A stretch of 64,000 bases of DNA from Octopus bimaculoides (lineage: Eukaryota). The translations under genes and the position numbers were made by a program. The stretch spans positions 95,707,598-95,771,597 of the forward strand of contig NC_068988.1 of NCBI RefSeq assembly GCF_001194135.2, written 5' to 3'. Below, piece by piece: positions 20,915-32,120 of this stretch (position 1 is its first letter; each line of letters begins with the position of its first letter). The notes under the pieces are model-generated. The model was not told where the DNA came from. It did not search any database and saw nothing but the letters and a program-made list of their open reading frames with translations.

Positions 20915-22274
20915 GTGGGGCTACATTTCATTTATCAAATTTTACATATTTCATGTCTTGCTTTTTTTTTTTTTTTTTTTGTGTGTGTCAATTTCTTTCA
21001 CTCTTGTCTATTTCTCCCCCCAATTTAAAAGTAATTTTATTATTGACTGAATTAAATGGGGGAAACTAAACATTCTTCCTATGAATATTTTTTTTTTTAT
21101 ACCTATGTCAATGTAACTCACACCTGTCATATTTTACTGTGTCCATGTGGTAGATATGACTATTTTGAAGAGACCAGGTTACATTCATTTACAGCTTATA
21201 CAGGAAGAGCTGATTTATTATAAAGGATTAATCAAAATCCTCTCTATTAAATATGAGTGTACTGTTGGTCTGTACAGTGAATATTTATATAAAATTTACA
21301 AGGATTGCATTTATAATTAGTAATTCTACAAGAGAACTAATTTCTATTCTATTAAGATGTCCATAACACATCCAAGACAAGTCTGGGCTGTTATGGTTCC
21401 TGCCACCTTTATTTTATATTTTACTTCAGTCCAACTTAGAATGTTTCATTATAACTGTTAGTATTTGTGTGTATGCATCTGGGTCGTTTCCTGTAACAGG
21501 AAATTGGTGCTTGCTTAGTTTATTTTGGGGAGGACTTGCTGCTAAATTCATGGTGAGAATAGCATTTCCAAAACTTCAGAAAATTCTTTAATAAGAACAT
21601 ATTTGGGATCAATAATTTAATGTTTATTTGAAGTTAGGTTATTTATTTGTTATACTCATTATGGTGTGGACATGTTTTCAAATTAAGAAACAAAATTAGT
21701 GAACTAATTAACTTACATTTCCCTAATAAGTAAACAAAGAACTAATTTAATTATAGTTATTTTGTATTCTTTAAGAATATGATACTGACTGACATAGATC
21801 CTTTGAAGAAAAAAAAGTGATTTTTAAGGCTTAAAAGGAGGTGTTGCTATTGTGTTGAAATTTCATCTTAACTGTTCCAGAAACTGTTTGCCTGCTTTGT
21901 TTCTTGGAGTCACCTAAATATATTAAAAGTGACCAGAGAAGAAACACCTAACCCCTATGGATGTTCTTTGCTGATGGGTAGCATTTGTAATATTCTGTAA
22001 ATTTTGTATATTTGATAATTTCATTAAGGTATACTGGTGGTTCTGTTTTGCTTCTTTTTTTTATTTTTTTTCTTGTTACATTTTGTTATCATTCAAAACA
22101 GTAGTATTAGCTGATAGTGTTTGTGCTTGTTGTTAAATGACATGTTATTTAAAGCCAAACCATCTTGTATTTTTCTGTCGATTGATTGATTATCCATTAA
22201 GTATACCCGTCCTTCCATTTGGAATCTTCTCGTCTGATGATTTCATGTGATTTTACTTTTTTTTTTCATTTCAG

Positions 22275-22299
22275 ATCAAGTTCCAGATACAGAACTTAG
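22275..22299 (+). CDS. PNISR: PNISR terminal coding exon (R)SSSRYRT*
   Basis: Strong ttttttttcatttcAG acceptor; phase-2 join gives RSRSRSSSRYRT-TAG, continuing the RS composition. Confidence 0.65.
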
Positions 22300-22562
22300 A
22301 ACAGGTGGTAATTTTTTTTTATTTAGGTTCCCCTCTCCCTTCCATCTCTTCATGACTCTTACATTGTACAGACATTTCTTATTAAAATTTGTAAATTCAT
22401 TCCTTTTGTATTTGTTTTGTTTTCCCACCATCCATCAGTTCTGCAGCTTCTCTCTTTCATCCAGAAAAAAAAAAAAACATTCAGTACTCAACTCCAGAAT
22501 TAGCTGTGAGATTTTGAGATTATGGACATTTTTTTGAGGCAGTGCCCCAGCCTGGCCACAAA

Positions 22563-22568
22563 AATAAA
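22563..22568 (+). terminator. Candidate PNISR poly(A) signal AATAAA (within a SINE-tail remnant)
   Basis: AATAAA 264 nt after the stop; motif only. Confidence 0.3.
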
Positions 22569-23304
22569 AGATATTAGACACTGTGATAATTTATATGGAC
22601 ACTAGATCGAGTCCAGTCTTGTATTTACTGAAATAGTAATACATTAGTATCTGTTGATGTGGTGGGACTGGCTGGATTCATTCTTCTCTATAGAAACCTC
22701 CCTCAAATGACAACCATCAACATGAACACAAATACCTGCCCACCCTTTTTTCATTTCTCATCTGCTTGAGATTAATATCTTCTAATTTTCTATTGTTCAT
22801 TCCCTGGCAGCTAGAAAGAACTCCATTGTTTTTGGTTATTTACTCCAGTTTAAACCTCTTCCCCTCTGAACGAAAACTAATCTGTCGCTCACTCTGTGAT
22901 GCTCGATGGGCAGCCAGGACTTCTCTGCCTGTCTATCTCCCTTCGATTACACTCAGACAATAACTGCCATTGTCAGTGGAATGTTATTTAGATCACAGTT
23001 ATCCTTCTGCTGTTGTCATGGAGACAGAACCAGAAATACCATTCTCTTTCTATCCTTTAATTGCAGACACCATACAATAGCAATGCTGTCATTGTAACAT
23101 TATTAGGTGACGAGACATTTCTCTCTTCCGCTGCCATGGAAACAGAGAGCCATCCCATTCTCAACATTGGTTTACATCCATGTAAAAGTGATTCCGTTCA
23201 GCAGTGTGAAATTATTTCCTGAAAAACTTCAGGAAACAGAAGAAACAAAGCAGACTTTTTCTTTTACACATATTTAAGAGGACTTACTATTTCCCTTCCT
23301 CTTT

Positions 23305-23310
23305 AATAAA
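23305..23310 (+). terminator. Candidate PNISR poly(A) signal AATAAA
   Basis: AATAAA followed by GT/T-rich tctattgggttttg; motif only. Confidence 0.4.
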
Positions 23311-24502
23311 TCTATTGGGTTTTGATTAAAAAGAAAAGTCTCCTTTGTAAATGGTTTGCCCTTGTTCCTTTACATACAATGTTAAATGAAGTAGTTCCTC
23401 ACTGACTGGGGCCACAGGGATTAAATCAAACACTAGATTCTACTTTATTTCATAGCATTTCAGCTTTTTGCTGGGAAATGCTTTTTAAGTTGCAGTTACT
23501 TTGTTATTTTTACATTTGCACTTTTGAGGAGGAAAAAAAAAGAAGTTACTAACAATCAATATCCTTTTCACCTTACAAAGCAGGTGAAATAAGAGGCCTT
23601 TACTGAAAAACAAAAAGAAAACCCAGCTATGGTCCAGCAACAGAAAAGTGGCCTCGCTATAAAACAATGCCTCTATATATTTGATTAAATGATCTGTAGT
23701 TTAGTTTTTTTTTTTACAGTAAACTACAGATTTCATTTCATTCTAATTTTATCTAAAAACTTTTTAAAATATTAATTCTAATAATTGATGCAGTTACTTG
23801 TTCAAATTTTTTCCAAAGTTTGTAACTGATGCAATTTGTTTTTGGTGCCAACATTAAGAGCAACTGGATTTGGCGGTTGCTAGAAACAAATTTTGACCCC
23901 ATTTGAAATCGGCTTTAGCATTTATGGTCAATGATTTCACTACAACCAATCTCTATTCTGTATGCCTTGTCAAACCGGCCCATGGAAACATTCCAGCCGT
24001 TTGGGTTAAAAATATTGTTCTAAATACAGTTGTATATTTAAGAGATGAGGAATTATTTACATTTGATGGATATTTTGTCATCTTGTTTGTTCAATATTAA
24101 CTGCGAAAATGCTGAACACAGTATTACGTGGCTGACAAAAGTTTTCATACTGTTAGATCTGAGTTTCTGAGGTTGTTCCAACTTAAATGTTTCTTGTAAT
24201 TTTTAGTAAGGTTTGATAAGAACCTGAATCCCCAGACATGTTAATACTGCTTGAATGAGTGCATATAGATCAAACTAATGTATGGTGTATTGCTGCAGAA
24301 GAGGAATTTGATATTAGGAAGGGCATCTGTCTAGAAAAAATGCCACAACAGACAATTGAAGTGTCTGGCCAACTCCGTGCCAAAGTCTCCAACCCATGCC
24401 AGCATAGCAAACGGATATTAAATGAGCATGTTGGACGAAACCTGCAAAAATGCCCCAAAACCCAGACATTACAAGAAGAAAATGATAAATTAAGAAACGC
24501 TC

Positions 24503-24574
24503 TTTATTAGCAACAAAACTATTCATTTGAAAACTAACATTTATGAAAATAATTTTGGAATTCAGTGATTTATT
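24503..24574 (-). terminator. Two SOD1 poly(A) signal candidates (AATAAA at 24574-24569 and 24508-24503)
   Basis: TTTATT on + at both positions, 4 and 70 nt past the SOD1 stop. Confidence 0.55.
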
Positions 24575-24578
24575 GAAC

Positions 24579-24695
24579 TTATTTCTCCAATTTTGCAATA
24601 CCAATCACTCCACAGGCAAGTCTTCTCCCGGCGTTTCCAGTCGTCTTGCTATCTTTATGACCGCCAAGACCCAAGTCGTCAACGTCTTCATGGAC
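24579..24695 (-). CDS. SOD1: Cu/Zn SOD exon 5 ([38 protein letters not shown])
   Basis: Cu ligand His (H120 equivalent), catalytic Arg (R143) and disulfide Cys (C146); tttatttctccAG acceptor; TAA stop. Confidence 0.97.
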   Translation of the reverse strand, partial: VHEDVDDLGLGGHKDSKTTGNAGRRLACGVIGIAKLEK

Positions 24696-24805
24696 CTGGA
24701 GAAATAAATGAAAAACCAAACAGTCAGCATTTAGATTACTCTGTTAAATGTGATACTCATTCACATTGCTTTCAATTAATTCTACTCAAGAGGGTTATCA
24801 ACAAT

Positions 24806-24975
24806 CATCATCGTTTAACGTCCACTTTCCATGCTGGCATGGGTAGGACGGTTTGGCTGAAGACTGGCAAGCCAAGGCTCCAGCCTGATCTGGATGCCCT
24901 TCCTAACACCAAACCACTCCAAGAGTGTAGTGGGTGCTTTTTTACGTGCCACCAGCACGGGAGCCAATCCGGCAG
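24806..24975 (-). mobile_element. RTE 3' tail with an internal deletion, in SOD1 intron 4
   Basis: catcatcgtttaacgtccactttccatgctggc...ctgatctggatgcccttcc. Confidence 0.8.
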
Positions 24976-25457
24976 TAACTAACTTTTGTACCCGTCAGCA
25001 GATATTTGAATACCAATGACGCAATGTATTTTCAGTAAAAACAGGAAGGTTTGTTATCCCATTTCTTTTGACCGATGTTACTGAAAATACTTTGAATGGC
25101 ACCCTGAAGATCTCCCCCTCTTTTTATCAAAATACTCTTCTTCCTCACTGGATAAAAATTCACACACTTCTACATCTCCATCTCATTCATCCTAAGACAA
25201 ACCACCGTTCTCTTCCTTTTTCTTTTATATTTTTGAAAAAATCTTCAAGTATAAAATCCTTGAAAGTCAGAATTACAAGTAATTACAAAAATCTCAATCA
25301 TATTCAGGTTGGAACGGTTGTGTCTCGTAGCTTTGAAATTTTGATGATGTGATTATTTTTAGAATGACATTGCAGGGTAGGTATGAAAGGCCGGATCCTG
25401 GCAAGCTTTATTGCTGAAGGTTTAAGTGAGGTTTTGTAAAATTGTCAGTGAACTTAC

Positions 25458-25572
25458 CACCAAGGTTCTTCCAACGATGCAGTTTGGTCCATTCAAGCTT
25501 ATTACAGCATCTTCTATATTCACCTTTGCTACATTCTGAGCAGACTCAACATTACCAAGGTCACCAACATGC
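25458..25572 (-). CDS. SOD1: Cu/Zn SOD exon 4 ([39 protein letters not shown])
   Basis: Zn ligands H80 and D83 in RHVGDLGN; ttcttcttctcAG and GTAAGT; 115 nt, phase 2->0. Confidence 0.97.
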
Positions 25573-26554
25573 CTGAGAAGAAGAACAACATTTTTTACAT
25601 TCAGAAAGAATCATCTAGACCAGTGGTTCCCACTGGTGGTCTGCAAAGGTAGTACTGGGCAGGCGGGAGGGGTCTGAACTAAATTCAGAATGTTGAGTAT
25701 GTTACAGAAATGGCTTTTGTAATTCAATGCCGTTTCAGTTGTAGACACTGAGTTTATTTTGGTGTAGCAAACTTTCAGCAACGTCAGTGAATGTATCACT
25801 CACCGTCTGCTATATATTGGAGATGGCAGATTTAATCTGGGTATGTGACTACCGGGTATATGTCATTGGACAAGCTGTAATAAGGGTAAATGTGTCTGAC
25901 ATTGCTGGGACGGTTGTCTCGTTTTAATATAGTGTTTTTAAATGTGCCTATGAACAGATTTCCTCTCAGACAAAAAACAGCATCATGCCTATCAAAGATG
26001 TATCTATGGAAAGAATGATATAGAAGATGCTTATAAAGATACACAACTATACTAATCTGGTTTCTATGGCACACAGCAAATAAGTTAACTCACTCATCTG
26101 TTGCAGGTAGTTGGTTTTTACTTTTCTTTAGAAGCTAACTCATTACTGTCAGCCAACGGAACACAGGGTTTAGAGAGACATGGCTGCTTACAACAAGAGT
26201 GAGAGATAGGAAAGCTTTTACTGTTGAGAGTTCAATGTTGAGGCCATTAATATAACAGAGCAGCAGTAATTGAGATTAAAGCAGTGGTCATCTATTGCTG
26301 TGAATTGGACAGCTGCAGGTGAAAGGATTCAATTTTAAAACTATACCCACCCAGTCACCCACTACTGCCAAAATTTTTGAAAACATCTGTAATCGAAGCA
26401 TGAAGTATAAGCTGATGCACATTTTACATATTAAGAACATACAGAGTGTGTCGGCTAAATTTGACAGTCTGCTTAAAAAGGAAAAGAAAATACCCCAGCC
26501 AAAAATAAAAAGTATTTAAAAACAAATGAACAAGGTTATGGCTGAGAGATAAGT

Positions 26555-27135
26555 TTAGTCAAAGTAGCTTCCTTCCCTCAGTTTCCACCACAACCTCAAC
26601 ACAGCTCGCAAAGCTGGCATTCCTCATTGTGTTTCTCAGAAGATATTTGCACACGTTCATCTTGGCCACTAGCTTGGCCTTGGTATTGCAGAAAGAACGG
26701 CTGACACCTCTCGGCGGACGCATAGCTCGCTGCTGTTATTCGGAAAGGATCAATGGGCCACGCTTTCGCAGTCCGTATTCATACTGAAAATCGAGATCAA
26801 GCGAGCTTTTGCCCTCAACCACGCCCCACACACGTAGTAATCCATGGGATTACAAAAGCAGGAAGAGGGTGAGAAGGCCAGAAAATTGAGGGGGCTGATG
26901 AAATTCTGACAATCACTTCTAAAATCTTTCTGGAGCTATGGCAAGGAATCAAATCTTGCTGCCACACATATGACCTCCCAGTAGCAACCCTCTCCAATCA
27001 GGGATTGACCACAGTCTCCAGTTGCTTCACATAGCTGTCTGAATTGAGCCCAAGGCCCTGTTCAAAGATGTTGGGCAGCATGACCATCTTCACTGGAGAC
27101 ACCAAAAGACTAATCGCAGTTCGTGTGTCATCATG
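26555..27135 (-). mobile_element. Decayed IS630-Tc1-mariner transposase (catalytic and C-terminal part) in SOD1 intron 3
   Basis: VSSE.VMLPNIFEQGL.LNSDSYVKQLETVVNP*LERVATGRSYVWQQD..CH...CNPMDYYV.G then CNTKAKLVAK..EVVVETEG. Confidence 0.85.
26701..26815 (-). pseudogene. 115-nt 28S rRNA-derived fragment
   Basis: Minus strand AGGGCAAAAGCTCGCTTGATCTCGATTTTCAGTATGAATACGGACTGCGAAAGCGTGGCC..GATCCTT...GAGGTGTCAG matches a conserved block in the 3' part of eukaryotic LSU rRNA. Confidence 0.9.
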
Positions 27136-27343
27136 ATACAGGTAACTCCCCTAATATTCAGATGGCTTCCTGTCCTCCATCTCCACTAACTTCCCAACAA
27201 CAACTAATTCTTGTGCTCTCCAATGCTGTTCACCAAAACATCAAGCTGTTCCTGAATAAAGATATCTGACCTCATCCAGCTCTACAATAGTTATGGAGCA
27301 GCACACATTCGGTGTTTAAAAAAAAACTCTAAAAAATATTTAC

Positions 27344-27413
27344 CTAGTTTCTTTAGTAGGACCACCATGTTCTTTACCCTCTGGGTTGAAATGTGCACCA
27401 GCACTCACACATC
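27344..27413 (-). CDS. SOD1: Cu/Zn SOD exon 3 (GCVSAGAHFNPEGKEHGGPTKETR)
   Basis: C57, H63 and H71 equivalents; 70 nt as in vertebrate SOD1 exon 3; AG and GTAAAT sites. Confidence 0.97.
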
Positions 27414-27698
27414 CTGTATTTCAAAGAAAATTAGATTAGATTAGGTTTTTAAAATCAACTGTCCATTATTAACCCTACAAAGTCAACTCCTATGGAATTT
27501 GAACTCAAAATGTAAAGAGAGAGAGAGCCCTAAATACTAATACCATTCTCATGTAATGGTTCTTCTGCCATTTGGCACTTTGGACCCACAACTGATATTT
27601 TAAGCCCCACGTTAATCAATGCCTTGAGAGAAATTCATAGATGGAAATTGTATGGAAGCTCATATGTATGTGAGTGTGTGTGTGACATTGGTTACCTT

Positions 27699-28090
27699 CA
27701 TTTAACGTCTATTTCCCATACTGGCATGGGTTGGCTGGTTTGACCAGGGGCTGGCAAGCCAAAGAGCCGCACCAGGCTCCAGTTGTCTATGTTGGTTTTG
27801 TTTGACACATCAAAAGAACCATTTGAGCATGGCCGATGCCAGTGCCACCTGACTGGCTCCTGTGCCGGTGGTATGTTAAAACCACTCACTACACTCTCGG
27901 AGTGGTTGGCATTAGGAAGGGCATCCAGCTGCAGAAACCTTACCAGATCAGATTGGAGCCTGGTGCAACCTCCTGGCTCACCAGTTCTCAGTCAAACTGT
28001 CCAACCCATACCAGCATGGAAAGCAGACGTCAAATGATGATGATCTGGATGCCCTTTCTCTACAGAGTGTACTGGGTGCTTTTTACATGG
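27699..28090. mobile_element. Nested RTE tails: + copy (27811-28044) inside a split - copy
   Basis: The - copy starts tttaacgtc..caccaggctcc and resumes ctggatgccc..gggtgctttttac after the + copy's gatgat tail. Confidence 0.7.
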
Positions 28091-28231
28091 CCTTTTAAAC
28101 AAATGACCACCAGCCGTTTGACATGCTATTTACCATCTTAATTGAACAGGAAGGGTGACTGGCTGAAGAACACGATCTCAGCTATTGATTTCTAATATAC
28201 TTTGTCTAACCCATGCATGCATAGAAATTAT

Positions 28232-28430
28232 CATCATCATCATCATCATCGTTTAACATCCGCTTTCCATGCTGGCATGGGTTGGACAGTTTGACTGGGG
28301 TCTGGGAAGCCAGGAGGCTGCACCAGGCCCCCAAACTGATCTGGCAGTGATTCTACAGCTGGATGCCCTTCCTAACGCCAACCACTCAGAGTGTAGTGGG
28401 TGCTTTTTACATGCCACTAGCACGGGGCTC
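28232..28430 (-). mobile_element. RTE 3' tail in SOD1 intron 2
   Basis: (cat)n cgtttaacatccgctttccatgctggc... Confidence 0.85.
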
Positions 28431-28856
28431 ACAACTACAATTTCCATTTGGTTTTGATGTACTTGGACTCAATAGGTCTCCTCAAGCATGGCATGTCACC
28501 CTATGATCCAAGGTATTTTTGAGTGGGTTGGTTATGCGACACTGGTGTACGTTACAGCTGTGGACTCACTTTATTTGCCGAGTCTTTTGTCATTACCTCT
28601 GTGAGGCCCAACGTTCGAAGGTCACGCTTCACCACATGGACTAAAACTGAACAATAATGACATATGACTGAAACATAGTTAATTAGTTTCTTGATTAACA
28701 TTTATTTTGTTAACATACACCTCACTACCAGATATTTACTAGAATTAAAAAAAAACAGTTACACCTGTTTCACATTGGGGGGGGGGGTCTCTTCACATTC
28801 TCAGTACTACTTCAAAGACAGGGAAAACTCTAAAGGAGAGAGAAAGAGTTCCTTAC

Positions 28857-28953
28857 CATTAGTATTGTCTCCAAATTCATGAATATGGAACCCATGCTTG
28901 CCATCGGGCATTCCTGAAATCTCTCCTGTAACCTTCACAGGTCCATTACTGCA
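28857..28953 (-). CDS. SOD1: Cu/Zn SOD exon 2 ([32 protein letters not shown])
   Basis: [12 protein letters not shown] signature (H46, H48); 97 nt as in vertebrate exon 2; tcttttcAG and GTAAGG. Confidence 0.97.
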
Positions 28954-30620
28954 CTGAAAAGACAATTCAGGTCCTCAGCTTTTGAAAACATTACAAATGC
29001 ACACACACATGTTACAATAACAAAATGGAGGAAGAAGTTTACTCTTGTACATTTATATACCACATAAAATTTATTTAATTTATATAATGTATAAATTCTG
29101 CATGTATAATACACAGGATGGATGCCAGTCAGAATTTCACTTGCTCACTAAACCCCACAACCAAACTTATTGAATCAGCCATGGAAGTGGTTGAGTATTC
29201 CATAGACACCATTAATGCTAGAATCAGAATGATAGAGTGAGACAAGAACTGGATCTTTGAATTCCAGAAACCAGCCATCCAACAGGCTTCCAGTTTCCAC
29301 AGTTTCCAATTTTGCTGTCAAGCCATGGAATGCATTTGAACCTGGGACATTGTGATTAAGCAAATTTGTTAAGCATCTGACTACAGCACATCTATATAAC
29401 ATGCAATCATGACCAGGTCATCCTTCCTTCCTTTAACCGACTCCATAAAACAGGGGTCAATGGTTTTCAGCTGGTGCAACAGAAACTGTACGGCATGTCT
29501 GGACAAGATCATATTTTAGCCATTATTTGATGCCAAAACAGAAGGATCAAAACAAACTTTGGGAGTGGAATCTGCAGTTGGAAACCTTGAATAGTTTTAA
29601 GATTTGGAATTGAATATTCCATCTTTCCACCACACAAAATGGAATTGTTCTATGCTATACTTTTCTTTCATTTATAAAAAAGTTAACGATGCTTTGTCTG
29701 GATTTCACAATCCACATCCTGAGGAAATATTGTCAATGCATGACCAACGCCGGCCAGAATGGAAAACGGACGTCGATGACGAGCGATGTACAAAAGGTTT
29801 GAAGAAACAAGACCCTCTTGCTACAACTTACAAACAAAACCCTTGACAGCATTAGATGTCTTGTGAGATATTGCTTTATCTGTTAACCTGTGTTGATGCT
29901 TATGTGGAGGGACCTGTGGAAGAGATAAAGCCAGGAAGACATGGGACAAGGTAGTGAAGCACGATCTTCGAATGTGGGAGTCACATGAAGGCAATGAGAA
30001 ATGACTGTGACAGGAGCCAATCTGTGGCCCTGGCAACGATCACGCTCGGATGTGCTTTTAACGGTCCACTGGCACTAGTGTCAGTCAGGCAGTACTGTCG
30101 TGCGTAGAAAATCCAACATTTTGGACACATCCTCCAGGAAGGGAGATTTATGTCCTACATTATAAATTGCAAATAAGAAAATGGAGTACTAAAGAGAGAG
30201 AGAGAGAGAGAGAGGATGAAGGGTTGCTGAAATAATATCTGAGAAGAACAAATCCATTTTAGGGAAGCAGAGACTCTAGTATTTGATTGGTGTTTGGTTC
30301 TAGGTTCAAATCAGACAGAAGTCAAATTTTGCCTTTTCTCTTTCCATGGTCAAGGAAACAAAGAATAACTAAACACACTGCATGACCTTTTGTCTGAGGT
30401 TCCATTGTGTCTACTTATTCACCATTCTGGAGAATTAAACTAAAACAATAAACAAGCATTGATATTGTGTGTGTCCCCCCCCCCCATTCATATGGGACGT
30501 TATTTTCCTTTTCATCTCAGAATGCGAGTTATTGTAGCAACCGCAATAAACAATATGTATTGTTACATATAAAACAATAGTTCAAATGTTCTAATAATAA
30601 TAATAATTATTATTATTATG

Positions 30621-30834
30621 AAGGCAGCGAGCTGGCAGAACTGTTAGCACGCCGGGCGAAATGCTTAGCAGTGTTTCGTCTGTCTTAAAGTTCTGAGTTC
30701 AAATTCCGCCAAGGTTGACTTTGCCTTTCATCCTTTCGGGGTCGATAAATTAAGTACCACTTGCGTAATGGGGTTGATGTAATCGACTGGCCCCTTCCCC
30801 TAAAATTTCAGGCCTTGTGCCTACAGCAGAAAGG
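30621..30834 (+). mobile_element. SINE family B, full length
   Basis: tRNA-like head aaggcagcgagctggcaga..gagttcaaattcc; core gactttgcctttcatcctttcggggtcgataaattaagtacc (resembles Meta/MESC-type cores, from memory); tail ggccttgtgcc. Confidence 0.85.
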
Positions 30835-32120
30835 ATTATTACCATTATTCCTCCCATCACTATTCCAACACCAGTTCCTGCATCTCGGTTCTACTTGTAC
30901 GAACCATGGTGGACAACTGTATTTAGATTATCAGGAAATTTAAATGAAAACCATGTCTAAACAAACTAGCAGTGGACAAAAAAAAAAGAAAAAGGAAAGG
31001 AATTGTTGTTTTCGTTTTCCAGCTTCTAGAATGGTTTACCTATTCTGTGTGCAGGATTATAAGTAATTATGTCCAATATAAAGTAGGAAAAAGACGATGA
31101 TGATGTACATAAACAAGCGTCAATTGAAAAGAGAAAAGACCAAAGAAACATGTTATTCTTGTCCGATTTACAAAAATATTTTATGTAACTGATTAGTAAA
31201 ATTAATTAAACCGAGTTAATTTTATGATATATTTTAGTCAATCAGTAGAGATTTCTTGTAGACATTCAGACGTTCTATACATGTGGTAAAAACGATATTT
31301 TATGAGATAACAGAGGGAACCTGTGATTAATTAAGATTAAATTGAATTACTGTTCTGAATATCTTTTATCAATAAAATAACACCATAATTTTACAAGTAT
31401 TCGAAGAGTCCAGTCTGTCGTTTCTATGATGTCTCTTCAGTTTAAGAACATATTTTTCTTATTCAATGTTTAAAATATTCTTAATTGCCCAAGTTTCAGA
31501 ACGGGAAAGTGGTACGAACGGTCACCACGACAGTTTAAGTAGTCGGAGCTATGACTAAAATTATATGGATTAAACAAACGGACCACAAATTCTGAAATAT
31601 TATATAAGCACACAATTTTGTGTGCTTAAAAAGCTGAAGTAGTTACAAGGTTTACTTTTTACGACAAAACACTAATAAATATGAGTATCACTCGTGACTA
31701 AAGTAAGGGAGTCAGGGCAAGACGGCAGAACTAGGTCGAACCAACAACACGTGGGGGAAACATTGAATCAAGCTTAACACTACATGGTTTGATGGAACGG
31801 ATCTAATTAAAATTATCTAAAAGGTGTTCAAAGTGGGCCAATGTCGAATTTAACCTATTTAGGAAAATAACGATATAGCTTTTATGAGAGGTCACTCGAC
31901 CTGCTAGAAAAAAAACAGCTAAATCATTTGCAAAACCTACCCAACTGCTTAAAAATGGAATACTGAGGAAGAAACAAAATTTAAACTGGATTAATTATAA
32001 TTAGTAATGTTGCTTAAAGAGTAAGATGTTTATGAAAGTAAGATTTCATATCAATTTTATGAAGAAACGATTATTTCTGTTTTGCAAAGACAGTAAATTG
32101 AAAATTTTATTTCAAACCCT

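Noticed and set aside
24579-24596. AKL peroxisomal signal in the SOD1 tail
   Set aside because: Followed by EK, so not C-terminal; no splice site or stop was seen that would expose it
26701-26815. Functional rRNA gene or R2-type insertion site
   Set aside because: Only 115 nt with no flanking rDNA, and the segment is not the R2 target region
29175-29402. Protein-looking minus-strand ORF (..LETVETGSLLDGWFLEFKDP..)
   Set aside because: Inside SOD1 intron 1, no splice sites or recognisable family; its start resembles a decayed SINE head
29832-29913. Idea that this exon is an alternative SOD1 exon 1 (KAI..AVKGFV resembles KAV..VKG)
   Set aside because: No in-frame ATG and it ends in phase 1, incompatible with exon 2; retained only as a poison-cassette candidate
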